A stretch of DNA of 64,000 nt from Octopus sinensis (taxonomy: Eukaryota): NCBI RefSeq assembly GCF_006345805.1, contig NC_043014.1, positions 54,684,001 through 54,748,000 on the forward strand. The letters are read 5' to 3'. The position numbers and the translations under genes are program-made. This document shows, one piece after another, positions 25,494 to 39,220 of this stretch (position 1 is its first letter; every line of letters starts with the position of its first letter). The notes under the pieces were generated by a model that was given only the letters and a program-made list of their open reading frames with translations, did not search any database and was not told the origin of the DNA.

Positions 25494-27735
25494 TTAGTGT
25501 CCGCTTTCCATGCTAGCATGGGTTGGACGGTGCAACTGGGGTCTGGGAAGCCAGAAGGCTGCATCAGGGCCAGTCTGATCTGGCAGTGTTTCTACAGCTG
25601 GATGTCCTTCCTAACACCAACCACTCTGTGAGTGTAGTGGGTGCTTTTTACGTGCCACCCGCACAGGTGCCAGACGAGTCTGGCAAACGGCCACGATCGG
25701 ATGGTGCTTTTTATGTGCCACCGGCACGGGGACCAGGCGAGGCTGGCAACGGCCACAAACGGATGATGCTTTTTACGTGCCACCGGCACGGAGGCAGCAA
25801 CGGCCACGGTCGGATGGTTCACTTACTTGTCACCGGTACTGGTACCACAGCTGCAATTTCCATTGATGTTGATCAACTTCGATTTTGGTTCTGCTTTCTG
25901 ATATCTAATTTGATTTGGTTTGATTTTGATTTTGGTTTTAATTTTGATTTTCACATTATGATGAATCATTACAGAATAATTTACAGGCTGCAAAAATCAC
26001 TTTATCAAGGATTTTTTTGAAATATAATTTACAAAATTGAAAGCAGCCCAGTATAAGCAACAGTGATTTTTAGACAGGTGTAAACTTAAACAGACTCAAA
26101 GATCTGTCTCCTAAATTCCAGTAATAAGGGATTTGTGAACTCGAGGTATTTGCTAAAGATGTTGTTAAATGGGTTTGAACCTGGAAGCCCATTGTTCCAA
26201 AGCAAGCTTCTTAACCACCTAGCTATGCCTACACCCTTATGGATATCATTCTCCAGTGTACTTCAATGGAAGATGCAAGCTTTATTGAGAAAACTAAAAA
26301 GAATTAGGGCTTCCGAATAAGACTACCCTGTGTGGTATTTGTTCCACCGAATTAACCAGACAATCCCTTGTCACTCTTACCACTGGATATCTCAAGAACC
26401 CCTGATTGGCTCATTGGAAACTTCTAACCATTTGTATTCCCTAAATGTGATAGAAAATGAAATGAAGGTAAAATTGTTTTTGACCCTTTGGAACATTCCT
26501 TCTTTTTCTTTTCTCTTTTTTCTTTCTACCCCCCCCCCCCATCACCACACTTTTATTTTTATTTTTTTATTTTTCCCCTTCTTTTTTTCAGTTGTCTCTT
26601 CTAAGAGAACACACATTCTCTTACTCTGAAACTGTATGGGTGCGGAGGAGGGGGTTCCAACTCCCACCACCACCAACACCATAACCACCACCACTACCAT
26701 CACCGTCATCCCCCCCCCCCGACCACTGCTGCCACCATCTGGTGCAAACACTATTGAAACATGCTGTGTGTCCCCCCAACAACTTCATGTGTAAACACAC
26801 ACCTGTCACCCACTGTGAAACATTTGATTCAACAAGGGAACGTTCACCTTGCTGTGTAACCCCTTGCTTCCCCCCCCTCTCTCTCTCTCTCTCTCTCTCA
26901 GGTTTTATTTAAAAAGAATAAAAAAAAGTAATTATTTGCCCAAAGTCACAAAGTGGGTCTCATGTCCTTATATATATATATAATAGGAGTGGCTGTGTGG
27001 TAAGTAGCTTGCTAACCAACCACATGGTTCCGGGTTCAGTCCCACTGCGTGGCATCTTGGGCAAGTGTCTTCTGGTATAGCCCCGGGCCGACCGAAACCT
27101 TGTGAGTGAATTTGGTAGACCGCTGCTGGTGTGTTTACGTCCCCGTCACTTAGCGGTTCGGCAAAAGAGACCGATAGAATAAGTACTGGGCTTCCAAAGA
27201 ATAAGTCCCGGGGTCGATTTGCTCGACTAAAGGCGGTGCTCCAGCATGGCCGCAGTCAAATGACTGAAACAAGTAAAAGAGAGAGAGTAAAGATATATAT
27301 ATATATATATGTATGTATGTATGTATGCATATGTATGAGTTATCCTAAATGTAGTGTGTACTGATCCAAATCTTAATCTCATCATTTCCAGCTTTTATCC
27401 AAGCCCCACCCCCACCCTACCCCCACCCATTGTTCCTTTATCTTTCCAGGTGCCGTTTTTCTGAGTTAATCCATTTCAACTTAATCCAGTTTCTGCCAAT
27501 GGAAACACAACACAGATTTCAAAACAGGATGCTTCTATACAACCCAAGTTTCTGCCTAACATTTTCGGGTTACAAAGGCAGTGCTCCAGCATGGCCACAC
27601 TCAAATGACTGGAACAAGTAAAAGAATAAAAGAATAACACAAAACACTTTCTGCTAGATGCTTCGTTAATTTTGTCAATTTGCTGCCATTATTAGTTGAA
27701 TAATAATTAAAAACCAGTTGAATATCTAGAAACAT

Positions 27736-28122
27736 ATGGAAGCACTCCGTCGGTTACGACGACGAGGGTTCCGGTTGATCCGATCAACGGAACAGCCTGC
27801 TCGTGAAATTAACGTGTAAGTGGCTGAGCACTCCACAGACATGTGTACCCTTAACGTAGTCCTCGGGGATATTCAGCGTGACACAGAGAGTGACAAGGCC
27901 GGCCCCTTGAAATACAGGTACAACAGAAACAGGAAGTAAGAGTGAGAGAAAGTTGTGGTGAAGGAGTACAGCAAGGATCACCACCGTCCCCTGCTGGAGC
28001 CTCGTCAAGCTTTTTAGGTGTTTTTGCTCAATAAACACTCACAACGCCCGGTCTGAGAATCGAAACCGCGATCCTACGACCGCGAGTCCGCTGCCCTAAC
28101 CACTGGGCCATTGCGCCTCCAC
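27736..28122 (-). mobile_element. Full-length, CpG-rich (young-looking) SINE family D
   Basis: A-box TGGCCCAGTGG, B-box GGTTTCGATTC, 10-bp TSD CTAGAAACAT at 27726-27735 and 28123-28132. Confidence 0.9.
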
Positions 28123-28504
28123 CTAGAAACATTCAACCATAGGAATACTCACCCGTTTACCAAATCTTGAATGCTTCCCTGGGTATTTTGAATCCAATTT
28201 CTCTTGTACTGTCAGCATTGCAGAAGTGCATCTACCTCCTGATTGTTTTGGCCCATGTGGCCCCTCAGAGGGGGCTTTGCACTGGGTCCAACACAAGGGG
28301 CATTTGGAAATGTTTTCTTACATTTAGAATTCTTGAAGCATGGAATATACATGATCCGGATTAGTCGTTAGCCGGTGGGACACTGCATCCTTTAAAACAT
28401 TCCATGCTTCCTGAAATCCGTTAACGCTGCTCTTGACAAAATTGCTCAGACAATAAATTCCTGAGAGATGCCATCTGCATAGGAAATGATGTTTTAGTTA
28501 CGAT

Positions 28505-28535
28505 GAACACACACACACACATAACTGTGCCTGCA

Positions 28536-28581
<46 letters not shown>

Positions 28582-28876
28582 CATACACACACACATACAT
28601 ACATACATGCATATATATATATATATATACATACAAACACATATACATACATACAGACACACAAACACATACATACATACATACATGTATATATATATAC
28701 ATACATACAGACAGATACACACACACACACATACATACATACATACATACATACATGCATATATATATACATACAGACACACACACATACATACATACAT
28801 ACATGCATGCATATATATACATACACACACATACATACATACATACAGACACACACACACATACATACATACATGC

Positions 28877-28917
<41 letters not shown>

Positions 28918-28950
28918 TACACACACACACACATATATATGTATATATTT
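28505..28950. repeat. Compound (CA)/(TA)/(TACA) microsatellite array
   Basis: Seen directly. It explains the overlapping low-complexity ORFs. Confidence 0.95.
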
Positions 28951-29835
28951 GTAGTGAATCAGTACAAGACTTAGCCAAAGCTAAACAAATGCGTAAATTA
29001 TCAAACATACTTTGTACTGTTTCGGTGAAGATATCTATTCAGAGCGTATCTCGACTGCTTACTCTATAACTTTAAAGATTTCATTTCAGAGACGGATGTG
29101 TTTGAGAAGAGATTTGATTTGGAGACTGTGTGTTGAAAGCAAAACAATCACAGCACGACTGACACATATATTGGCCATTTGAAAATGCACAAAGATTTTA
29201 AGCTTAGCTTAAATTCTGTGTCCATAGAATTGTGTCAGTGACCAGGTTACAGTTGGTGTGATGAAAAATTTGACCCCAAATAAAAAACATTTGACCCTTT
29301 AGCATTCAGATTACTCTGTCAAATATAATGCTTTATTCACATTGTTTTGAATGCGTTACTTTGATGAGGTGATTGATCAAAGGCATTCCAAATATGACCA
29401 TCTTATCATATTTCTTTTTCTAACAGAAGACAAACTACATTAGCTACATTTAAAAAAAAACTTTTGAAAAATATGACGGAATATGATTTGAGAGAGATTT
29501 GGCTGCTATTTCTGGTAGGTCGATTGTCCCCACTCCACAAATCTGGGGCCTTGTGCCTCCAGTAGAATGGAGCTGGCAGAAACGTGAGCACGCTGGGCGA
29601 AACGCTTAGCGGTATTTCGTCTCCACTACGTTCTGAGTTCAAATTCTGCCGAGGTCGACTTTGCCTTTCATCCTTTCGGGGTCGATTAAATAAGTACCAG
29701 TTACGCACTAGGGTTGATGTAATCGACTTAATCTGTTTGTCTATCCTTGTTTGTCCCCTCTGTGTTTAGCTCCTTGTGGGTAGTAAAGAAATAAGAAAGG
29801 ATTATTATTATTATCATTATTATTATTATTATTAT

Positions 29836-30389
29836 TGAGTGAGCGAGCAGAGCATGCCATCAAAGTGACACTGGGGTAAAATATACGAAGCCCAGTATAC
29901 CCATCATGACTACCCGTCTGATAAGGGTACACCAGGCACATGCATCACAACCATATGTGCGCGACATGGTGATCTCATATCAAGATAAACAGCACATGAC
30001 CTTGCAGGTGGGGCCCAGTTAGAATTTTCTTCAGGTTCAGTAACCATCCTGCTCAAAAGGTCCCTGAATAAGGGTTGTTTAAGGACGTTGAACGAAACAC
30101 CCATGTTTCCAGAGGTGAATTATTCAAATCCCAAAGAATCCCTCTCAACACATGGCTATGATGCTCCCCCACTACTTCTGCTCGTGATCAGAGATGCACA
30201 TATCGTCAGCCGCTAAGGGACATGCTCAACTGGTTAAGGTCAAACAACTGACAAGCAAATCTGTGGTATTGAGCAGAATATTTGCTGTAGCCCATCTTTT
30301 ATACCAAGACAAAACAATGTACCTGATAACACTTCCAATCAGTTAAGATCAGAAGCCATGAGAGCCACTGCCTGGTACTGCATCAGGGC

Positions 30390-30391
<2 letters not shown>
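29836..30391 (-). mobile_element. ~560-bp non-coding element embedded in an (ATT)n tract, copy 1
   Basis: Flanked on both sides by (ATT)n. Highly similar to copy 2 at 31082-31578. Confidence 0.8.
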
Positions 30392-30437
<46 letters not shown>

Positions 30438-30782
30438 AGTGGTGAGCTGGCAGAATTGTTAGCATGCGAGGCAAAATGCTTAGCAGTATTTTGTCCGTCC
30501 TTATGTTCTGAGTTCAAATTCCACCAAGGTCAACTTTGCCATCCGTCCTTTTGGTAATGATGAACCAGTTATGTGCTGAGGTCAGTGTAATTGACTTGCC
30601 TTCTCCCCCAGATTTCAGGCCATGTGCCTATATTAGAAAGGATTTTTATTATGGTGGTGAGCTGGCAGAATTATTAGCACATTGGGTGAAATGCTGCTAG
30701 GTTCTGAGTTCTGAGTTCAAATTCTGCTAAGATCGATTTTGCCTTTCAGCCTTTTGTGGGGCTGATAAAATAAGTACCAGTA

Positions 30783-30818
<36 letters not shown>

Positions 30819-31029
30819 TACAACACAGTGGACTGCTGGAATTGTTGCAGTGTCAGGCAAAATGCTTAGCAGCATTTCTTCCAGTGAGGCATTCTGAGTT
30901 GAAGTTCTACCAAAAAGGTCAACTTTGACCTCTATCTTTTCAGAGTTGATAAAATAAATAATTCCCACCAAATTTCTTTCATACCTTTCATACCTGGAGT
31001 AGAAAGTATCATCATCATAATCATCATCA

Positions 31030-31081
<52 letters not shown>

Positions 31082-31082
<1 letters not shown>

Positions 31083-31577
31083 GAGTGAGAGAGCAGTTCA
31101 TGCCATCAAAGTGACACTGGGGTAAAATATACGAAGCCCAGTATACCCATCATGACTACCCATCTGATAAGGGTACAGCAGGCTCATGCATCACAACCAT
31201 ATGTGCGCGACATGGTGATCTCATATCAAGATAAACAGCACATGACCTTGCAGGTGGGGCCCAGTTAGAATTTTCTTCGGGTTGAGTAGCCCATCCCACT
31301 CAAAAGGTCCCTGAATAAGGGTTGTTTAAGGATGATGAACGAAACACCCATGTTTCCAGAGGTGAATTATTCAAACCCCAAAGAATCCCTCTCAACACAT
31401 GGCTATGATGCTCCCCCACTACTTCTGCTCATGATCAGAGATGCACATATCGTCAGCCACTAAGGGACATGCTCAACTGGTTAAGGTCAAACAACTGACA
31501 AGCAAATCTGTGGTGTTGAGCAGAATATTTGCTGTAGCTCATCTTTTATACCAAGACAAAACAATGTACATGATAAC

Positions 31578-31578
<1 letters not shown>
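31082..31578 (-). mobile_element. Same (ATT)n-embedded element, copy 2, missing ~58 nt at one end
   Basis: Collinear with copy 1 from TGAGTGAG to ATGATAACTT, then straight into (ATT)n. Confidence 0.8.
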
Positions 31579-31609
<31 letters not shown>

Positions 31610-32444
31610 GTTATTATTATTAAAAAATAAATTATTATTATTATTATTATTATTGCTATAGATACGAGAAGTTATATTTCTCAGAACTATAGCCTTATTT
31701 TCTTAAAATAAATAATGGAAAAGGAAATTAAAACGAACAATAAATACACTAGCAGTTTCCAGAGGCTTAAAATTACTTAACACCACCAACAACAACAACA
31801 ACAAGAATAATATAATAATGATGGTGATGGTGATGATATTAATCTATGTTATCACCAGTTTAATTGTCTCCTTCATAATCAACTAGGTTACTTTGATAAG
31901 AGCAACATAACCTACTCACCTATCACTCCAATACGTACACACACAGACACACACACACACTGGCACGCACATACTCATACACACACACACAAGCACACAC
32001 AAGTTCCCACCAAATGAAATCAGTCTCTGTCAGTCTCTGCAGTTGAGCATTCCAGTCGTTCAGTCAACTGAACTTCATAGCAATTAACTATTGTGGTCGA
32101 GTATTCCATAGACACCAAGTGCCCTCAATGTAATCCACACACTGAATGAATATGACAACACTGGACCATTAGCTTACAAGTATAGAGCATCTAACGGGCT
32201 TCCACACAGTTTCCACCAACCCAATTACTTTCGCAACTCATGGATCAACTCATAGAATTTTACATTCAGCTTGGCATGGCTGTGTGGTAAGAAGTTTGCT
32301 TTCTAACCACATGGTTCCAGGTTCAGTCCTAGCACATGGCACCTTAGGTCAGTGTCTCTGCTATAGCCTGGGGCCAACCAAAGCCTGGTGAGTAGATTTA
32401 GTAGATGGAAACTGAAAGAAGCCTATCATATACATACATATATA

Positions 32445-32896
32445 CAAGGGGTGAGGCTGGAAAGTTCCTGGCTTTGGGTAACGGAAAATACAGGAGGGTC
32501 AGTTAATTATGATTTTATTCAACATATTCCCATCTGTTCATGGCCGTTGCCAGCCTCACCTGGCCCCTGTGCCTGTAGCACGTAAAAAGCACCCACTACA
32601 CTCACGGAGTGGTTGGCGTTAGGAAGGGCATCCAGCCGTAGAAACGCTGCCAGATCAGACTGGACCTGATGCAGCCTTCTGGCTTCACAGACCCAGTTGA
32701 ACCGTCCAACCCATGCTAGCATGGAAAACGGACGCTAAATGATGATGATGATGATGATGATTCCCCTCTCAGATTCACACACTTATAGCAGGGGTCCTTC
32801 AGTTTTCTAATCCCTGTAAAAGAACTCGGAATGATGGACCTCCAACCAGGCCTTTTGAGATACCCTTAAAGCCAGGAGCTTTTCAGCACCCCATCA
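32445..32896. mobile_element. Mariner-type MITE inside a SINE A, itself interrupted by an RTE tail (32532-32759)
   Basis: Degenerate TIRs GGGGTG..GCTG(G/A)AAAG(T/C)TCCTGGCTTT. The RTE insert is flanked by a 6-bp duplication ATTCCC (32526-31 and 32760-65). Confidence 0.75.
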
Positions 32897-33319
32897 TGTG
32901 TGTGTGTGTGTGTTTGTGTGTGTATGTCTGTGTTTGATGACTGGCATTGGTTTGTTTATGTCCCCATAACTTAACACTTTGGCAAAAGAGACCAATGTAC
33001 TAAGTACCAGGCTTTAAAAAGAAAATAAGTCCTGGGGGTCACTTCATTCAACTGAAACCCTTCAAGGCAGGGCTGCTGTCCAATGACTGAAACAAACAAA
33101 AGGTAAGAAGCAAGATGGCAGAACCATTTGTGGATCGGACGAAATGCTTTGTGACGTTTCTTTCGACTCTTTATGTTCTGGTTTCAAATCTTGCTGCGGT
33201 TGACTTTGCCTTTATCCTTTCTGGGTTGATAAAATAGGGACCAGTCGAACACTGTTTACATCGTGTAACGTGGGTTGTTTTGCTTTCCTGGAGGCCTTCT
33301 GACAAATTCTTGCTAATTA

Positions 33320-34408
33320 GAAAGTGAAACAGCTCCCATTTCATGATGAAAACACTGAAGTTTTGGGGAAAAGGGTCTGATGCTTTGGGGATATATAGAA
33401 AGTGATGGTTAAAGAAAGTTGGTTAAAATTAACGGTAACTTGAACAGTGCCAAATCCATCCAGTTGCTGAAGGACCGTTTGATAGCAAACTTGGATGAAG
33501 GTGAGATTTTTCAGCTTGACGGAGCTCCATGCCTCAGATTGCATGCAACACAACAGACTCTGGCTGATGAAGGTGTTACCGTATTGAAAGATTGGCCAGC
33601 TCAGAGCCCTGACTTAAATATCATTGAGCAAATGTGGACAGAACTAAAGAGAAGAGTTTGTCAGAAGAATCCACGCAACCTTGAAGAGTTGTGAGAGCTC
33701 AGCCACAGAGAATGGCATCTCATACCTGTGAAGATGGTGAGGGATTCGTACACATCTCTTCCCAGGTGCATTGAAGCAATTATTCAAGGTAAGAGAAGCC
33801 ACACGAAATATTAACAATGTACAGTAACTTCTTGAAATGAACATTAATTATCATCATCATCATCATCGTTTAGCGTCCGCTTTCCATGCTAGCATGGGTT
33901 GGACGGCTCAACTGGGGTCTGGGAAGCCAGAAGGCTGCACCAGGCCCAGTCTGATCTGGCAATGTTTCTACGGCTGGATGCCCTTCCTAACGCCAACCAC
34001 TCCGTGAGTGTAGTGGGTGCTTTTTACGTGCCACTGGCACGGAGGCCAGTCAGGGCAGCGCTGGCAATGGCCACGGACGGATGGTGCTTTTTACGTGCCA
34101 CCGACACGGGTGCCAGACGAGGCTGGCAAGTGGCCACGATCGGATGGTGCTTTTTACATGCCAATTTTCATTATAGCCCTTTTTGGTTTATGTAAGGTGG
34201 CTGAAAACTTTTGCATGGCCATTTTTGGTGGTCGTCTCGCATCTTCCCCTTTCATTCAGAACCCCTACTACAAAATATAATAACTAGGTATGGAAATGAT
34301 TCCAACAGGATCAATGCTTCATCTGTAAAAAACGCATCCGCTTATATGTTGTTAATTAGTAGAAATTTACAAGAGTTTAAAGTGGCCGAAGACTTTTGCA
34401 TGGTACTG
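33320..34408 (+). mobile_element. 5'-truncated Tc1-like DNA transposon (transposase C-terminus 33320-33814, right TIR ending 34408)
   Basis: LMLWG..KINGNLNSAK..FQLDGAPC..WPAQSPDLNIIEQMW..GKRSHTKY* with internal stops. The right end is the reverse complement of CAGTACCATGCAAAAGTCTTCGGCCAC. Confidence 0.9.
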
Positions 34409-34422
34409 TGTGTATATATATA

Positions 34423-34818
34423 TCTTTATATATAAAAGTGAAGTTGTGTGTCTGTCTCCTACGATTTAGATTCCTAACTACTCCCACATTTTGCGGTGCA
34501 GTTTAACCAAAACCGGGTATCTTATAGTCGTGATTCATATCGAGCCCTTCTGGGTATTAGCGCGCGTCTACGATGAGTCTACGATTTTTAAAAGAATTTA
34601 CCATCAATTTTTCCCATTTTTAATGCATTTTTGGCATATATAAGGGAAGTAACTCTCTAAAAATTTATTATTAAATCTCAGAACGTAAAAAGCTACAGTA
34701 ACCCCCCCCCCCGTTTGTGGTTAGCCATATTGAGATGGCTATTATACTTTACATCTCTAAAAATGCTTATATAGTCATTTCCCTTACAAACCCGAGCAAC
34801 GCAGGGCGATACTGCTAG
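34423..34818 (+). mobile_element. Non-autonomous Helitron, copy 2
   Basis: A|TC start, CCCGAGCAACGCAGGG hairpin, CTAG|T end. The first ~170 bp closely match copy 1. Confidence 0.9.
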
Positions 34819-35019
34819 TATAGGATATATAATCCTTTCTGTTTTAATGTGAAAACACTGCAGGATAATTGGGAAAGTTCAAACTGTTTCATTAAGCCTA
34901 TTGAAACGGAAAAGTAAACAGACCAACCCCAGCTCAGATGATTAGAAAGCAATAAATCTTATTAAGTGGAACAAAGTTTACAGCATCAAACGCTAAGGTG
35001 TTACTCACACAAAAAAATG

Positions 35020-35058
<39 letters not shown>

Positions 35059-35118
35059 GTATATATATGTACACACATATATATACACGTACATGCATAT
35101 ATATATATATTTACATAT

Positions 35119-35171
<53 letters not shown>

Positions 35172-36259
35172 CACACACACATATATATTTATATACACAC
35201 ACACACATATATATATACACACACACAAAGGCATGTACCATATATATATTGATGTATGTGTGTGTGTGTATCCATGTATGTGTTTTTAGTGTCATTTTGA
35301 GCTGTTGTTTTCTTTTTTTCCAGAAATTGGTTTGTCTGGTGGGGTGGGGGTGGGTATAAATATGGATGGCGTGGTGGCATTGTGTCTGTGTTGGATGGGT
35401 GTCTAAGAATCTGAAAATGCAAAGATGTTCCTGGCAGAGTAGCTGCTTTGGTAAGAGAAGGGTAGGAATTTGGCTGAGCTCAGAGGTCAAAGGGTGGGAT
35501 TGCAGCTCTACAAATTAAGCTCCAAGATACTTCACACTATGATACTGTTATTGTTTGTGGTTGTTGTTGTTATTGCCCTGTTAGTGATGATGATGATGAT
35601 GATGGTGATGGTGATGGTGTTGGTGATGGTGGTGGTGGTGGTGATGATGATGATGTGGTTTATTTTATATATTGCCATAACCATTTCTGTGTTATTATTA
35701 ATTTTATTGTAGTTGTTGGAAGCATCGTGTGTCGGCAGAAGCATTGACACGGTTGGACGAAATGTTTTGCCATATTTCTTTTGGTTCTTTTCATTTAGAG
35801 TTCAATTTCCATTGATGTTGACTTCACTTTTCACCCTTTCGGGGTCAGTAAAATAAAGTAGCCGCATAAGCAGGGGTATGACTGCATAGTTAAGAAGTTT
35901 TCTCCTTATGACATGGTTCCTGGTTCAATCCCACTGCATGGCACTTTGGACAGGTGTCCTCTACTATAGCCTTGGGCAGGTATCCTCTACTATAGCCTTG
36001 GGCACATCAAAGCCTTGTGAGTGCACTTGATAGATGGAAACTGAAAGAAGCCTTTTGTATGTATACACACACACACATACATGCATACAACAGGCTTCTT
36101 TCAGTTTCCACCCATCAAATCCACTCAACAGGCTTTGGTCAGCTTTGAGCTATAATCGAAAACACTTACCTAAGGTACCCTGCAGTGGGACTGAACCCAA
36201 AATCATGTGGTTGGGAAGCAAATTTCTTACCACAAAACCATGCTTGTGCCTAGCTACAC

Positions 36260-36300
<41 letters not shown>

Positions 36301-36675
36301 CTTAAAATTGTATGATAGATTGCCGTCTATTCATTCTCTCTTACCTGTTTGTGTCTGCCTTCCAATTGCTGTTTTTACTGAGATCTCCCTTTTTAGTAGA
36401 AGAAATAGCTATAACCCTTTGACTGCTATTTCTAAATTCGGTATGTGGTAAGGCAATTCGTTGCTAAACCCTTTATTGCTTAGTATATATATATATATAT
36501 ATATATCATCCTCATCATTGTATATACATACATACATACAGCACTTTTGCTGGCACACAATAATTCAGCAATTACACTTCTATCATTTAATTATTTATTA
36601 ACATTCATAATTAGGTCAGTCAGAAATAAAAAAATAATGCAAGTGATTATTCAAGTTGGTAATGTTTAAAATTGA

Positions 36676-37090
36676 GGGTAGCGAGCTGGCAGAATTGGTA
36701 GCACACTGGGCAAAATGCTTAGCGGTATTTTGTTGGCTGTTATGTTCTGAGTTCAAATTCCGCCGAGGTCGACTTTGCCTATCATCCTTTCGGGGTCGAT
36801 TAAATAAGTACCAGTTACACACTGGGATCGATATAATTGACTTAATCCATTTGTCTGTCCTTGTTTGTCCTCTCTGTGTTTAGCCCCTTGTGGGTAGTAA
36901 AGAAATAGGTATTTCGTCGGCTGTTATGTTCTGAGTTCAAATTCTGCCGAGGTTGACTTTGCCTTTCATCCTTTCGGGGTCAATTAAATAAGTACCAGTT
37001 TTGCACTGGCGATCGATGTAATTGACTTAATCTCTTCGTCCCTGTTTGTCCCCTCTATATTTAGCCCCCTTGTGGGCATTAAAGAAATAA
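36676..37090 (+). mobile_element. SINE family B dimer
   Basis: Same AAAGAAATAGGTATTTCGTC junction at ~36900. Confidence 0.85.
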
Positions 37091-37125
37091 ATATTTAAAA
37101 TTTGGGCTCCAACAAAATTTATACA

Positions 37126-37185
37126 ATCAGAAATATACCCATCAGAAATATACCCATTTGAAATATACCCATCAGAAATATACCC
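37126..37185 (+). repeat. 15-bp minisatellite, 4 units
   Basis: ATCAGAAATATACCC x4, with the third unit ATTTGAAATATACCC. Confidence 0.95.
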
Positions 37186-37842
37186 GTTTTAAACATGTCC
37201 CTGATATATATAAATGGTGGTGGTGGTGGTGGTGGTGGTGGTGGTGTGGTGGTGGTGATGGTGGTGGTGGTAGTAGCAATGATCATGGTAATGATGATGA
37301 TGATGATGGCAGTTGTATAGTTTTCTAATTGCCAAAGCTGTTCTCTTCTCTTGTAGCCTGTCTGAGCACATGGGGTTGGGGTGGAGGAGGAGGAATCCTC
37401 TCAGAAGAAGCACTTTGGCACCATCTGCCAATATATATATACACTCTGTTGGCCGAGAAGGTTGGATGAGAAACAGATCCACCCCCAACAGGGTGTTCAA
37501 AGACATCTCAGTTCGGCTGCACTGGATGCCAGATAAAATGGCTGGAGTCACCCCCAGCTCCCTACCCCTTGGGCTCCATAAATGCAGACCTCAGAAACAT
37601 CGTTCGACAAGGAAACCTAGAAACTGCCCTCTATTTATTAGAAATAACAGCTAAATCTCTTGAAAATCACACTATACATCTATTCTTGCTCATTACAGGT
37701 GTTTGGTTCCAAAAACAAACAAAAACACTCTTAAATGAATCAATGATGAAGGAAAACTTTCTGTATTTGAACAGACATAAATTAAGGAACGGTTCCTTCA
37801 TTCGTTCTGACTTACCTTTTTGTTATTACCAATATACCAATA

Positions 37843-38355
37843 AGGCGGCGAGCTGGCAGAACCGTTAGCACACCGGGCGAAATGCTCAGCAGTATTTCAT
37901 CAGCCGCAACGTTCTGAGTTCAAATTCCGCCGAGGAAGACTTTGCCTGTCATCCTTTCGGGGCTCGATTAAATAAGTGGCACATAAGAGAACCATCTGAA
38001 AGTGGCCGTTGCCAGCGCCACCCCGACTGGCCTCCGTGCCACCGGCATGTAAAAAGCACCATCTGATCGTGGCTGTTTGCCAGCTTCGTCTGGCACCTGT
38101 GCCGTTGGCATATAAAAAGCACCCACTACACTCTTGGGGTGGTTGGCGTTAGGAAGGGCATCCAGCTGTAGAAACATTGCCCGATCAGACTGGAGCCTGT
38201 CCAACTGTCCAACCCATGCTAGCATGGAAAACGGACGTTAAACGATGATGATGATGATGAGTTATGCACTGGGGTCGATATAATCGACTTAATCCGTTTG
38301 TCTGTCCTTGTTTGTCCCCTCTGTGTGTAGCTCCTTGTGGGCAGTAAAGAAATAG
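37843..38355 (+). mobile_element. SINE B split by an RTE tail (~37977-38260)
   Basis: The SINE breaks at AAATAAGT and resumes at GTTATGCACTGGGG after the (GAT)n tail. Confidence 0.8.
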
Positions 38356-39220
38356 ATATTATCAATATACCATCCTGTGTCATCATCAACATCATCATCA
38401 TCATGAATGTTGACAATGACAATAACAGGAATGATGATGATGATGATGATGATGATAAGTCAGAAGGGGAAACTTAGGTTCCTAATATCAACTTGAATCT
38501 TTTGATTAGTACAGGGCATATTAGGTAAGTCTCCATGTTTCAGTCTTAAGATGACCTCATCAGTAAGATCCTAAACTTCACTCTGCTTACCAAAGTAATG
38601 TTAAGAGAATCATGAAGTAAATACGTAATAATGTCCATCAGTTTATGTAGAAAGATAAAAATGTTTACGGCTTAAATTGCTTTTATATGTCGTTTAGTTG
38701 AAAAAAATAAAACAAAGTTCTGTTAGCATTTTCATAATTAGCATCACAAAGCTAATTAGCCACACTAAATGAGATATATGGATGATGATGTACCGTGACC
38801 CGTGGATGTGTCTGTCTGGCCAAAACTGGGTCAGTCTTAATCAAGTTTTAAAATAATATTTACTGAGATAAAAAAAAACCCCAGAAAAGTCTGAGTATTT
38901 TTTTGGGTTTTCTTTTGTACAAAATGCATGAAAAGTAATTAAAGAAAGACCAATTAACATCAACCTTGTTAATTGCTGATTACATAAGCAGCAATAGGAT
39001 CTCGGTTTCCTTTATGAATAAAAATAAAGAAATAAACCTTAGGGGTTTTTATCCAGATTAACAAATATAGAAGTGGCTGTGTGGTAAGTAGCTTGCTTAC
39101 CAACCACATGGTTCGGGGTTCAGTCCCACTGTGCGGCATCTTGGGCAAGTGTCTTCTGCTATAGCCCCGGGCCGACCAATGCTTTGTGAGTGGATTTGGT
39201 AGACGGAAACTGAAAGAAGC

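Noticed and set aside
37698-37800. VWFQ peptide after an acceptor-like site, resembling homeodomain helix 3
   Set aside because: It is followed by KQTKT rather than NRR-like residues, and there is no upstream homeodomain sequence.
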